Assembly (NCBI RefSeq): GCF_009914755.1
Contig: NC_060942.1
Origin: the human T2T-CHM13v2.0 reference genome, Homo sapiens
DNA length: 64,000 bases
Direction: 5' to 3' (one strand)
Under the pieces are notes generated by a model. The model had not been told where the DNA came from. It saw nothing but the letters and a program-made list of their open reading frames with translations, and searched no databases. The position numbers and the translations under genes are program-made. Each line of letters begins with the position of its first letter. Position 1 is the stretch's first letter. Of the stretch, positions 49,743-63,098 are shown one piece after another.

Positions 49743-50964
49743 AAGGGTATACCTTACCTGATTCTCACCATGCTTTCTAGCCTTCACTACCTTTGTCCTC
49801 AAGTTTGCTCAGTCTACCTATTTTGTTTACTCACAGTTCTGCCAACATGCCACCAACTTCCCTCAGTAGCATTGCTCATTTTTGTGAAGAGTCCTCACGT
49901 CAAGGCTTGTCAAAACTATTGTCACCTCCAGGAAGTCTTTCTTGATTATTTACAACAGCAATTCTACCTCCTATTTCTAAATTCCTATGGCCTTTGGTTT
50001 GCAAGTCTCATGATACTTAACATCCTTTTTCCTTGGGTAGGTGTTACAGGCTCTGGAATGGGGTAAATACCCGAAGGGCAGAGATAAAGTGTTCTTTGTA
50101 TCTTCTTTCTCATAGCAGAGATTGGTAAATAAATTTATTAATGATATAAAAATATAGAAATTCAGAGAAGAAGGCTATCAGTGTAAGCTGAGGTAATTAG
50201 CGGAGCAGTAAACATGAACATAAATTTTTCAGGATTCCCCACAGGGTCAGCCACCAGTCTCTGTAGGGCTTCTCTGAAGGCATCTGAAGTCTTTCCTAAG
50301 TATTTTTGGAGACAAGTGTAGCCAAAATACTACAGCCACCTAAACTCAGCAGTTGATATTACAGGATACTGCATGAGATCTATTTGCAATTTGTTTGAGG
50401 CCACAGCACAGCTGCATAACATTTTATGGGCCCATTTTATACAGTGGGGTTTCTCATTTTCAAATAGACCCATTAAAACTCTTATTAAGCTATTAAGTGT
50501 CTACAGGGTGATTTCGTGGCTGTAATTACAAATGCTCTCTTCATGGCAGACACTTAGGCAGAAGACCACTCACTCCCACCTTCACAGAGCACATTTTGCT
50601 TTTACCTTCTTCCCAAATGTAGCTGCCTGTTTCAATTTTGCCTTTTTCAGGGGGAAAAAATTTCAAAATGTTTACTATTTTTAAAGAAGAAAGTCAACTT
50701 GCTCAAAGGAAACTTGGAACTCATATGAACTCTTGAAACATTTCTCTTCTTTAGCACACCAGTTTCAGAGGGGTGACTGTGGACTTCCTTTGTACTCGAA
50801 GGCAGGCATTTTTCCAGAATATCACAATGCTACTACAACAGGTTCCTCTCTGTATTGACCCAATAGCAGGAGCAGAGGGCAAGTCAAGGACCATGGCAGT
50901 TTCCAGATGAGCCTCTGGATGCTGTCCATTCCAAGTCATGTGGGGACAGATTGCTAGTACATTT

Positions 50965-51372
50965 CAAGCCCACTCCTGCCTCAGAGACTTTGTACTTATT
51001 TGTCTTTCTACCTAGAGTACTCTTTGCCTAGTATCTGTGTAATATACTTCCTATTTTGTTCTCTTCTCTGAGGTGAAATGACTTTACAGCAAGGGCTTTA
51101 CTGACTACCCAAAATAGATTAGCATTCTACTTCCTATCCCGTTGCTACTTCCAGAATTCCATACCAGATTCCATTTATTCTGCTTAATTTATCTTCACAG
51201 CACTTTCTACAATCTAACTTGATACATATTTACTTATTTACTTTTATACTGTCTTTCTCCATCCATTAGAAGTTAAGCTCCTGGAGGGCACGTTCTTTGT
51301 TTTAAATTGAAGTATTCCTAGGGTTTAGAACAATGCCTGACACGTTAGGCACTAAATAAATGTGCATTGAAT
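50965..51372 (+). mobile_element. L2a 3' end
   Basis: CCTGCCTCAGAGACTTTG...TAAGCTCCTGGAGGGCA...AGAACAATGCCTGACAC.TAGGCACTAAATAAATG..TTGAA. Confidence 0.8.
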
Positions 51373-51399
51373 TTTTAAAAATTATTCTTTAAAGCTCAA

Positions 51400-51590
51400 G
51401 AAAATAATTTAATTCTAGTGACCAAAAACATCTTAGAAATGATTGAGGGCAACCCTCTCCCTTTACAGAGGGAGAAACTGAAGACCATATTGGTGTAATG
51501 ACCTGCAGGGTGACTTGGTGATCAGTTGTAAAGCTGGGACCCAGCTTAGCTTGTCTGATTTCCAGACCATGCCCTTCAAGCACAGGGCCA
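51400..51590 (-). mobile_element. MIR3/MIRc-like
   Basis: CCTTTACAGAGGGAGAAACTGAAG core. Confidence 0.6.
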
Positions 51591-52614
51591 TCTCAACTCC
51601 AAATGAGGTGATTTCTCACATTTTAAATGTTTCAGCAAGAAAAAGAAAGAAAAGAAAAAAGACTAGACTTCTTTTGAAAGAACAGAATCAAGTTGGGTCT
51701 CAGGGGATTTGGTCATTTGCCAGGGCAAGGAGCAAGTCCCACATGATTGAGAACCCAAAGATAAACCTTCTGTATCTACTCTGCGTATTTAACATATACA
51801 TTGTCGTTGTTGTAACCAAAGCAATTGAGCAAGTAAGAAACATACTGAGAAATCAATATCCCTTGCCACTTAATAACAACATATCATTTTGTAAAGTAGC
51901 ATGCCACAGCATGGTGGCAGCTGATGCCATTTGTTCTTCATGGTGACATTCTGTAAGGTATAAGAACTCATTATGCCTAGTTAGCAGATGTTCTCAGAGT
52001 TGCTTCAAACTGGTTAATAGAAGAGTTTGCCAAGAAACACCCTGTTTTGGAAAGATTATTGGGATCTACTCAAATAAAGACATTGTGATGTTTTACTGTA
52101 ATTATCATGTGACTCATTTTCTTTGGCGCTGGCATCAAATTCACCCAGACCCCATCAGCCCTGACAATGCTGTGTCTCTGTGATGCTTGTGACCATGGGA
52201 ATGCCTGCAGACATCTCCTCCTTCTTTGTGGTTCTGGGAGCCATTCTGTGCCTCTAAGGTCCTCTTTCTTTTTTCTCACCAATACACATATTTTCTGTCC
52301 TTCGCAATTCTATTAAACCTCACATTTGATGGTTGTTTTCTTAAAATTCCTTTACTTGGTTCCTGCATTCCTCATTCCTTCCCAGCACAATCCATAGTAA
52401 TGGCATTCCTATTACATTCCTCTCCATGCTTAGTCATGAATGTTCTTTTGCCATATCAGCATCTACCGTACATTGAGAGGAAAGAAAGAGAAAAAAGTGT
52501 CCTTGTCTTCAAAGGAGTTTGGAAATTTCTTGAGAGGGAAGTCTAACCTCATGAATCAATGAAAGGGCAATTAATGGCAAATTGTGTAGCACTGACAAGA
52601 TGCCATGCATAGGG

Positions 52615-52830
52615 GGGCCTGCAGTATAGTGGAGAAGAAAAAACATTTTGGCATCTAAATCTGAATTTAAACTTTTTTTCTCTTACTTACTAGCTGTACA
52701 ACGTTGGACAAGTAACTTAATCCAAGATATTAATTTAAGAAAAAGCACAATTTCTACTTTACCTGATTGCTGTGGAGTCTAAGGAGGCAAAATATGGGAT
52801 GTATGTGGCACAGTGCAAGGCCCAGAGATC
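52615..52830 (+). mobile_element. MIR
   Basis: CAGTATAGTGGA...ACTTACTAGCTGT..TTGGACAAGTAACTTAA. Confidence 0.65.
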
Positions 52831-52979
52831 TTTGCTGCTATTGTGCCTGTAGTTAAATCGCAGGTCCCCCCAAAACAGGAGCCCCCAAATTTTGTCCAAT
52901 TCTTGTTACGATTGGATATGACATGGGGAATCTGATTAAAAAGAAAATGGCTGCTGATCAAGAAAAATTTAAAAGGCAC

Positions 52980-53741
52980 TGGTGGAACAGGAATAATACA
53001 GGGTGGTTGCAGGAGAATAGAGAATTCCTGACTGGATTCAGTGGTTTGTGCCTGTAATCCCAGCACTTTGGGAGACTGAGGCAGGCAGTTCATTTGAGCT
53101 CAGGAATTTGAGACTAGCCTGGACAACAATGGAAAACTCCATCTCTACAAAGTACAAAACTTAGCCGGGTGTAGTGGCATGTACCTGTAGTCCCAGATAC
53201 TCAGGATGCTGAGGTGGGAGGATGACTTAAGTCTGGGAGTTCAAGGCTGCATTGAGGTGTGGACCTACCTGGGTTAAGACTGACTGAACCCAACATGGCA
53301 CTGGATTTGAGCTAGGTTTCACCTAGGATCTCATTAGATGTTCATTAACATACTAAATCACACACATACCAGCACCATGACAGTTCCAGGAACATCCATA
53401 TTTGGTGTAAAAATGGGTGGCACCACAGTTCCAGGAAACCTCCACCTTCTTCAAGGAATTTTCATCAATATTCCACCCCTTGGTAAAAGAAACCCATAAA
53501 GGTAGCAGCTCCAAAGCCTCTTGGGCGTGACTCTCTCTTGAGTATGCCCACACTCCACTTTATTGAGTATGTACTTTTCCCTTCGCAATAAATCTCTATA
53601 GTTTCACTGTTTTTCAACTGGTCCTTGAATTCATTCTTGCAACGGTATCAAGAGCCTGGACAGCAGCTGGGGTTGAGGTCCCACTGGTGTTTGGGGACCT
53701 CCAAGTGATACCCAGGTAGTGATACCTGCCCACTGGTGTCA
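52980..53741 (+). mobile_element. ERV1 LTR of MER41-related clade (LTR47/MER73-like; subfamily uncertain), interrupted by AluJ
   Basis: CCAGCACCATGACAGTT block shared with MER41-clade LTRs; AATAAA at ~53587; ends ...GGTGTCA; putative 5' part GGAATAATACAGGGTGG upstream of the Alu. Confidence 0.7.
53030..53256 (+). mobile_element. AluJ lacking its 3' end and poly(A)
   Basis: Left arm, linker and right arm up to GGCTGCATTGAG, then direct join to LTR sequence. Confidence 0.88.
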
Positions 53742-54986
53742 CTGAGACATCTCATGTGCCTACCAAAGTTTTCTGCCATGTGACTTCTGAAAACACACCT
53801 TAGTTATTGACTCCTTTGATCTAAGCGCTTGCCTCTTTTTGAGGGTCTTCTCTTCAAATGTGCATGAATGAGAGACTCTTCTAATAACAATATAGTTGGA
53901 TCTGTTCACAGCTTGAGGCTTGTTCCTGCAAAGTATTGGAAGAGGAAGATGGGAGTAGGAGGATTCAGAAAAGCAAGGAAAAGAAAGTCACCCCTGGTTA
54001 AAACAGTCCCTCTCTTCTTAATTCACAGTTTTGTTCAAAACTCTCCCAGCATATATGAATTTTTTGGAGAGCCACATGTCCTGCTTTATGCCTTTTTAGT
54101 AGGGTGAGCAAGAAAAGAAATACTTAAGTACATTTGGGGGTGTGAATGCTTTAATACAGGAACACTTATTGTTTAAAGTAATTTGTTTCCTTAGAAAAGG
54201 TTTAGTAGTTTTTCTGAGTTTCAGAAATGTCAGCCTTGCTCAAATGGAATCTGTAATTGAGACAAGACACAATCACTCCCAAATATTTACTGGGAGTTTG
54301 CCTCAGAAAATAACTGCCTAATATCACTGCAAGATGTGCAAACAATACAAAGCAAATTGGATTTCCTCCCGATGAAGGTGTGGATGTAATGCAGCATGAA
54401 GAATGATGGGGCTCAATCTAGTGTAAAACCAGCACCAGCAAAAGGGCCTGGTGATTTGTTACCAGGCAAAAATCCTGTCTATCCTGATGATTAAATTAAA
54501 ATGAGGTCCTACATTGTCACTGTTGGTGAAATGACTTATCTGCCTGCTCCTATCATTCTCTGCACAGTGCTTGTATGTGGGATGGACATGGAATGAAGTG
54601 TTTGAAAAGAAAGACATGAGCACATTTTTCTCCCAGCATTGAAGTTTCATTGCGAATCTCTCAACAACGTGGAATGCTCCTGTTGGAACCAAAAGCCCGA
54701 TTATCATCTCTAGAAAACTGGAATAAAAGAAGAGTTCAAATCACAAGGCCCTTCCAAACATCCCCTCTCTCCCTTGCTTGTGCTCTCTTCTTTCCAATTT
54801 TTTATCTTCATCAACACTTAATACTGGGGGCAAGAAGGTTCTTGGCTGGGCACACAATGCTATGGGAACTTAAAAACAAATGGACTAGCTGCAGGTTTAA
54901 ATAATGCTACAGTCCTTAGACACTGTATATTATTCATAGCTCGTTGAACTCTATTATCTCATGTGTTCCTCTCAGTGGCTCTGTGA

Positions 54987-55371
<385 letters not shown>

Positions 55372-56009
55372 CCACTCTGCCCTTCTTATTGAGGAACCTG
55401 AGACAGAGAAGGAAAGTAACCTGCCAGAGTCACAGACGGGACCAGAAATCACATTGCCCAACCCTCAGCGCAGGTTTTTATAACTGAAAACTGATGAAAA
55501 GGCAAGCAAGAAAACAGGCAGACAACATATGTATGTAAATAAATTATGTTGATTCGTGGTTAATTAGGCAGGGAGAAAGGGGCCTTCAGAATCTCAGGCA
55601 AGGAAGATAAAAGAAGCTTTATATTTTGAAAAAATTAACAGGGGATGTTAATCCACACAGCCCTCCCACTCCCCTGCTGTAGAGGGGAAAAAATAGCATT
55701 TCATCCTTCTGCATTTTTAAATGTCTATCCCAAATTGTGGAAAGGAAAAAAATGCATAGGAAATGTGGGAGGAAGTGGGAGAAGGGCTTACTAAATGCCC
55801 AGTGACCAGGCATCCACAAAGTTACTGGGTAACTGAGGACTGACATGATGCTCTGAGAACTGTATTTGAGGTAGGTGAAGGCTTGGCTTTCTGGCTCTCC
55901 TAAGAGTTTTTCTGAGACTCTCTGATTTCTCCTGTCTATGATCACTTTTCAGTGCAGCTTCCAGGAACTCATGGGAGACAGCACATATTACATGGAAAAC
56001 TATGAAGTT

Positions 56010-56175
56010 TGCAGTACAAAGAATTGGATTCTAATCTTACTGGACATTTACTAGCCCTATAATCTTGAGCAAGTTATGGTCCCATTTTGCCTCACTTTTG
56101 TCATCTGTAAATTTTGGAGGGTAATACCTTCCTCACTGGGTAGCTTTGAGGAATGCATGAGCTAGATCTGTGTAG
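56010..56175 (+). mobile_element. MIR
   Basis: CATTTACTAGC...TTGAGCAAGTTA...GCCTCACTTTTGTCATCTGTAAA..GGTAATACCTTCCTCA. Confidence 0.7.
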
Positions 56176-57169
56176 TGGGTGTTGTATTTTCAGCTTGCCT
56201 AGAACTTTTAAACACCCTCACTATGCATGGGGAATGTGTCGCCTTAATAATCCCTTCTCTCATAGGAGCTAGGAATTCATATCCTAGTTTTCATGCAAGC
56301 AATAACACAAGCTTTATCAGTGATGTGCATTTTGTGGGCCATCAGTGGTTGTAAAATCCTGTTTCTGGTCTAGAATTGGTATCACTGCTAACAACATTTG
56401 TGGTTCCTGGTGGTTATTCTTATTATCCAACATACTGGTTGCCTGATTGACTTAATCTAGTGTCTTTTTTAAGGCTAAGTTAAGTTTTTCAGTCTTTTTG
56501 TTTCCTGAGTAAATGTATGTAAGTATATATGAGTGTGTTTGTGTATATATGTATGTTTTATTCTTGAGCCTAGGGCTCAGTCCATTTAGGTTTCTATCAA
56601 AAACAGTAGGAGATAAGGTGATTCTTTTGTTAGAATTTTTCCTAAAGGATCCTTGAGGGGCCTTGACTTAAACTGAGTGACTATGTGGACTTGCCAATTT
56701 AGGTTTACATATTACTGATCACTGAACATTAGATTTTGGTCTTCTTCCCCATCCTGGTTTTTGAGGTTTTAATTTTTCTTTTCTTTTCCTTTTTTTTTTT
56801 TTCTTGGATGATTACTTAGTTCCTGCATTCTAATTTGGATTCTTGAACCCATCATTTCACTCTCATTTCTTTTCATGTTTTACAGCTCCAGTGCCATGAC
56901 AGTTTTAATCTTCTGGTTCCATCTGCATAGATTTCAGTCTCTAATTGAGGAAAATCATCTGTTTTTCTCAGGAGCCCCTTGATTCAAGTTTACACAAAAT
57001 GTGCCTTTGGAGACTATCCTGTTAATTTAAACAGTTCAGATCCCACTTGTATGTGAGACAGATGCTTCTCTGGCCATCAGCCAGGTACCACTAAAGGAGG
57101 TACAGGTAACAGATCATTTAATTTTATTACATTTTCACATGTCAGAGACAGGAGGTATGAGATAATATT

Positions 57170-57490
57170 GCACAGCCCCTGCCTGCCTGCCTTCAAAGAG
57201 CCTGTGGTTTAAAGGAGTTACACGTAACTAAACTAATGTGGCTGTGACAAGTATGCACAGAGGAGGGGCATTTTGTTCAGCTTCAGTGTGTGGGGCTAGG
57301 GTGATGTCAGTAAAGGCTTTCTGGAGATAATTCCTGAAAGGAGGCTGAAAAAGTAAATCAGCACTTTCCCAGGGAAGATGGGAGGCAAAGATATGCCGGA
57401 GTGGTAGAGCTGGGGACACCACTGTGACTCAAGATGCAGAAGCATGAAGCAGACTGGCTGGCTAGGATACTACAAGCAGTACTAAGAGGT
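57170..57490 (-). mobile_element. L2 fragment
   Basis: CCTGCCTTCAAAGAGC...GTCAGTAAAGGCTTTCTGGAG antisense L2. Confidence 0.55.
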
Positions 57491-57668
57491 AAAGAAGAAG
57501 GAAGAGAGTGGCCATATGGGCTGAGCAGTTGTTGAGAAATATGAAACAGGGGTCTTCTTTCTGATCGTGGGCACTGATGCTTTGCTATGACACGAGGCAG
57601 ACATGGATGAGGACAGGGTTAAGTGGAGGCAGGCATAGCTTACTTCTTGCCCTTGAACTAAGGGCCAG

Positions 57669-60004
57669 TGTGTTAGTCTGTTCTCACAAAGCTATAAAGA
57701 TACTATCTGAGACTGGGTAATTTATAAACAAAAGAAGTTTAATTGACTCACAGTTCTGCATGGCTGGGGAGGCATCAGGAAACTTACATCATGATGGAAG
57801 GCAAAGGGGAGGCATGGCATGTCTTAGATGGCAGCAGGAGGGAGAAGGAGCACAGGGGAAGCTGCCACTTTTAAAACAATCAGATCTTGTGAGAACTTCC
57901 TTACTATCATGAGAACAGCATGGGGGATCCACCCCCATGATCGATTTACCTTTTACGAGGTCCCTCCCTTGACATAACAGGAATACAATTTGTGATGATA
58001 TTTGGGTGGGGACACAGCCAAATCATGTCATTCTAACTCCAGCCCCTCCCAGATCTCATGTCCTCACATTTCAAAACCAATCATGCCTTCCCAAGAGTCC
58101 CTCAAACTCTTAACTCATTCCAGCATTATCTCAAAAGTCCAAGTCCAAAGTCTCATCTGAGATAAGGCAAGTGCCTTCTGCCTATGAGCCTGTAAAATAA
58201 AAAAAGCAAGTTAGTTACTTTCAAGACACAATGAGGGTACAGACATTAGGTAAATGTTCCCATTTCAAATGGGAGAAATTGGCCAAAACAAAGGGGCCAC
58301 AGGCCTCATGCATGTCCTAAACCTGGCCAGGCAGTCATCAAATCTCAAAGCTCCAAAATCTCCTTTGACTCCGTGTCTCACATCAAGGACACACTGATGC
58401 AGGGGGTGGACTCCCACAGCCTTGGGCAGCTCTGCGCCTGTGGCTCTGCAGGGTACAGCCCCTACGGCTGTTTTCGCAGGCTTGTGTTAAGTGCCTATGG
58501 CTTTTCCAGGTACATGATGCAAGCTATCGGTAGATCTACCTTTCTGCAGGGCCCTCTTCTCACATCTCCACTAGGCAGTGCCTCAGCAGGGTCTCCGTGT
58601 GGGGACTCCAACCCCACATTTCCCTTTTGCGATGCCCTAGTAGAGGTTCTCCAGGGGGGCTCTGACCCCAAAGCAGACTTTTGCCTGGACATCCAGGCAT
58701 TTCCATACACCCTCTGAAATCTAGGTGGAGGCTCCCAAAGCTCAACTCTTGTCTTCTGCATACCTGCAGGCCCAACACCACATAGAAGCCACCAAGGCCT
58801 GGGGCTTGCACCCACTGAAGCCATGGGCTAAGCTGTACCTTGGCTCCTTTTAGCCAGGGCTGAAGCTGGAGTGGCTGGAACATGAAGCTCCATGTCCAAA
58901 GGGTGCACAGAGCCATCTGGGCCCTAGGCCTTGCCCATTAAACCATTTTTCCTTCCTAGGCCTCTGGGCCAGTGATGGGAGGGGCTGCCTTGAAGATGTC
59001 TGAAATGCCCTGGAGACATCATCCCCATCATCTTGGTGATTAACATTCAGCTCCTCTTTACTTATGGAAATGTATTCAGCCACCTTGAGTTGCTCCCCAG
59101 ACAATGAGTTTTTGTTTTCTATCACATGTTCAGGCTGTGGATTTTCCAAACTTTTATGCTCTGCCTCCCCTTTAAACATAAGTTCCAAATTCAAACCAAC
59201 TCTTTGTGAGCAAATATAGTAGTATACATTCAGGAAAAGCCAGGTCACCTCTTGAATGCTTTGCTGCTTAGAAATTTCTTCTGCCAGACTCTCTCAAGTT
59301 CAAAGTCCCACAGATCTCTAGGGCAGGGGCAAAATGTCACCGGTCTCTTTGCTAAAGCCTAGCAAGAGTGACCTTTGCTCCAGTTCCCAGTAGGTTCCTC
59401 ATCTCCATCTGAGGCCACCTCAGCCTGGACTTCATTGTCCATATCACTGTCAGCATTTTGATCAAAACCATGCCGCAATTCTCCAGGAAGTTCCAAACTT
59501 TTGCACATCTTCCTGTCTTGTTCTGAGCCCTCCAAACTCTGCCTGTTGCCTGTTCAAACCTCTGCCTGTTGCCCAGTTCCAAAGTTGCTTCCACATTTTC
59601 AGGTTATCCTTATAGCAATGCCTCTCTCTACCAGTACCAATTCTCTATATTAGTCCATTTTCACACTGCTATAATGAAGATACCTGAGCCTGGGTAATTT
59701 ATAAACAAAAGAACTGACTCCCAGTTCCACATGGCTGGGGAGGCATCAGGAAGCTTACAATCATGGTGGAAGGCAAAGGGGAATCAAGGCACATCTTACA
59801 AGGCAGTAGGAGAGAGAGGGAGCACAGGGGAAATGGCCATTTTTAAAACAATCAGACCTCGTGAGAACTCCCTCAGTTTCACAAGAACATCATGGGGGAA
59901 CCACTTCCATGATGTAATAACCTCTCACCAGGCTTCTCCCTTGACATGGGGGTATTAAAATTTGTGATGAAATTTGGGTGGGGACACAGAGCCAAACCAT
60001 ATTA
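57669..60004 (-). mobile_element. Full-length MST(A-like) MaLR element: LTR 57669-58030, ~1.6-kb internal region, LTR 59646-60004
   Basis: Two direct LTRs with shared variants (GGCATCAGGA, AAAACAATCAGA, ATTTGTGATGA); MaLR internal sequence; perfect TSD GCCAG at 57664-57668 and 60005-60009. Confidence 0.95.
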
Positions 60005-61678
60005 GCCAGCCTCTTGGGAGGAACTTATTTCTTATTGCAGGTGCCTCTCCATTCCTAGCTTACTCAGCATGCCCTCCTTCCTCAAGCAGGTGTGACTTAG
60101 GTCATCTGCATCATGATTTCTCTCGTCACTAAGATGAGAAACCTCCAGAGATTACCCACACCAAGGCTGCAACCTGTTGATGTGACTACCTTTCTCTGCC
60201 ATGGGTAGTTTATCTCCTCTATTCATTTACTCTGAGGATACAAATCTTTCTTGTCATCTTTGGGGTGGAGGGATAGGGTAATTCTACCTTTTACCATCAG
60301 CCACTTTCTGCCTAATCAATACTTCAATCTCCTCCCCAGAAAGAGTCATTGATTTTTTTTCCAGATTCTCCTCTGACTTGTTTGAGGGTCCCCTATCATG
60401 TTATATATCACATCCCATCTAGGGCACCCTCTACAATTCATGAAACATTCTAGACTTCTACATTTTAGTAGGGTCTAGGGAATCAAATTTAAACCTTGGA
60501 TGTTTCAAGCCTACCAGGGTAAAACATTAACTTTACAATTAGAACCACGCTTTGACACTTGAATGAGTTCTCACTGCAGGAATGCCTTTGAAAAGAGATC
60601 TGGCTTATTATGATGGATAGATGGGGTGGAGCTTCTTAGCAAACTACTTGCTTTAGAAGTTAATGGAAGAACATCTATGTTCAGGAAATCACTGTTTGCT
60701 GGTAATTGAGGCAATCAGATGTTTCAAAGTAGGTGAACTGTGAACAAATGAACTCCTGAATGACAGCAGGGGATAGCGTGTGGCCTCAATATTTATACTG
60801 TGTAACCATGATCACCAAAGCACTCTCATCTATTTTAAAACAGAAGAAACTATCATCAGTGGATAAAACTGGATTTAAAAGCAAGCCACCAAAAGCTCAT
60901 AATTTTTTGAACTGAGCATTTTTCAAGGATGATAACATAAATACAGTCAAGCTATTTCTATAGATTTTTTAACTTTGATACCTTTTTGGAAAACAGATCC
61001 CACAGAACAATCTTAGTAAAATGGATTATTTTTATAGGGGAAAATACCACCAAAAACCCTTAACCCTAGAATCTCCATTCTTGGCTTAATATTTATCAAT
61101 TCTTTTTGATTATTTCTTTTATATTTTCCAGATTATTTAGATTTTAGAGCTAGAAAGATTATTTAGTAATGACATTTTAGTGGCATTTTAAATAATGGGT
61201 TCACAGTTCAGGTCAGTGTATTAGGTAACAGTTGTAAGTTGGAAGCAGGCAAAGGCAAACATCAGCGCTAACTCATGTGATAGCTGGGTTAAGAGAATCT
61301 TTGTGTATAAATAGCCTTTCTATGAAGTAGGTATAATAGCATGAGTCACCCTTTTTTTCTTTCTGGGACTCTGAATGATTTTATATAAATGTTAATGAGT
61401 CCCCAACAATTCAAGTTTTCTTTAAACTCCTTCGTAAGTATTCCTAACTTCAGACTCTCCTTTTTTCAACTATTTTGCATATTAATAGCAATTATCCCAC
61501 ACGGGGAGAGGAAACAGCATGCCAAGCCCTGCTTTAGAATCATTAGCTCATCGTAATATTAATCCTGAACACAACCACAGTTACTACGTCAACCTCATAA
61601 AAAAAAAAAAATGAGTCTCAGCGATGCTAAATAACTTGCTAAAGTTTGGACAGTGATTTTGAGGCTAAGTTAGGATTC

Positions 61679-61976
61679 TTTTCTTTTTTCTTTTTTTAAG
61701 GCAGTGTCTCACTCCATTGCTCAGGCTGAAGGGCAGTTGCTCAATCATGGCTCACTGCAGCCTCGAACCCCCAGGCTCAGGTGATTCTCCCAACTTAGCC
61801 TCCTGAGTAGCTTGGACTACAGGTGTGCACAACCAAGTCCAGCTAATTTTTGTATTCTTTGTAGAGATGGGGTTTTGCCATGTTGCCTAGGCTGTTCAAC
61901 TTCTGGGCTCAAGTGATCAGCCTACCTTGGCCTGCCAAGTTGCTGGAATTACAGACGTGGGCAACTGCACCTGGTC
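61679..61976 (-). mobile_element. AluJ (inserted in an antisense MIR relic starting ~61540)
   Basis: Antisense diverged dimer; TSD CTAAGTTAGGATTC / CTGAGTTGGGATTC. Confidence 0.92.
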
Positions 61977-62485
61977 CCTGAGTTGGGATTCAGAAATAAA
62001 TTCTGATGAATACACTGCTGTTCTACAGTATTTTTCCTTCTGTTATGGTGAGTTTGCCTGATTTTTCTTAATTCATTTAGGGTGGTTCCCAATGATTGCC
62101 TTTAAAATCTACCTGTTTAATAGCCAGCCTTGTAATTTTGCCAGTGAGGAATGTTAAGCTCCCTGAAGGTAACTGGATATTGTTTTCATGTTTTCTGTCC
62201 TGGGCTTCTTATCCTTTAATAGATGTCCTGCACATTCTTGTAAAAGATTTTTTTTTTTTTTTTTTTTTAGAAAAGAACAGCTGCAAAATAGGGTTGAGTC
62301 CTGCCTGTTCTCTGTAACCTGCCAATATTACCTGACTTTGAGTTGCTGCCAACATCTGTGACTGTAGCATTCCCAGTTCTCTCCCCACGCACATTACAGG
62401 GATTTCTCCATCATTGTCCTGTTGACATTTGACTTTGCAAATCTGTTCAAGTTCTCATTTAGGTTGAGCATGTAGAGTAAATATG

Positions 62486-63098
62486 TGTAGGGGCCAAAGG
62501 AAAAGCTTCCCTTTGTCCTCTAAAGGTTTGCTGAAAAATCAACTGATAAAGGGCAGATTAATAGGAGAAATGACGTACAAATTTTTTAGTATGCATGAGC
62601 GGAAATTGCACAGTCATTGCTCCATCTCCCAATAGGGTACAGATACTCATATACTTTACTTCTAAGGGGAAAGGGAGATGGGGAAGTGGGGATAATTTTA
62701 AGGGGTGGTAAATAATTTTTAGGAGAATTCAATGGGCTTGAAGAACATACATTGGCCTGGGACAAAATCTGTTGAGCCTGCAGAGCAGACAATGGCTTTT
62801 GACAAAAGTCCGTTGACAGTCTTTAGCCTTTCTTCCTGCAATATGAGTTCAATTACTGAAAACTCAGGGAAGGAATCAGAGATAATTGTTTTCTTCTTTG
62901 GCAGGTCCAGATGTTAGGCAGATAAGGGAACTTCAGATAACAATTTCATACTGTCCTTTGGGAGAGACAGGATTAAGAGATAGTGGGAGCTGTGGTCAGG
63001 GGTCGGGGAGTGGAGATGAGAGAGACCTTGAGGCTTCTTCTTCAGTTGAGCATGTCAACATGCCATTTTTGGGGGGTATTAGTTTCTGAACCCCAACA
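62486..63098 (-). mobile_element. MER39-family ERV1 solo LTR
   Basis: Reverse complement starts TGTTGGGGTTCAGAAACTAATACCCCCC..ATGGCATGTTGACATGCTCAACTGAAGAAG..CCTCAAGGTCTCTCT; 4-bp TSD TATG/CATG. Confidence 0.82.

Noticed and set aside
62486-63098. MER39 as the decidual prolactin promoter copy
   Set aside because: No adjacent MER20 or PRL exon sequence recognised; treated as another family member.
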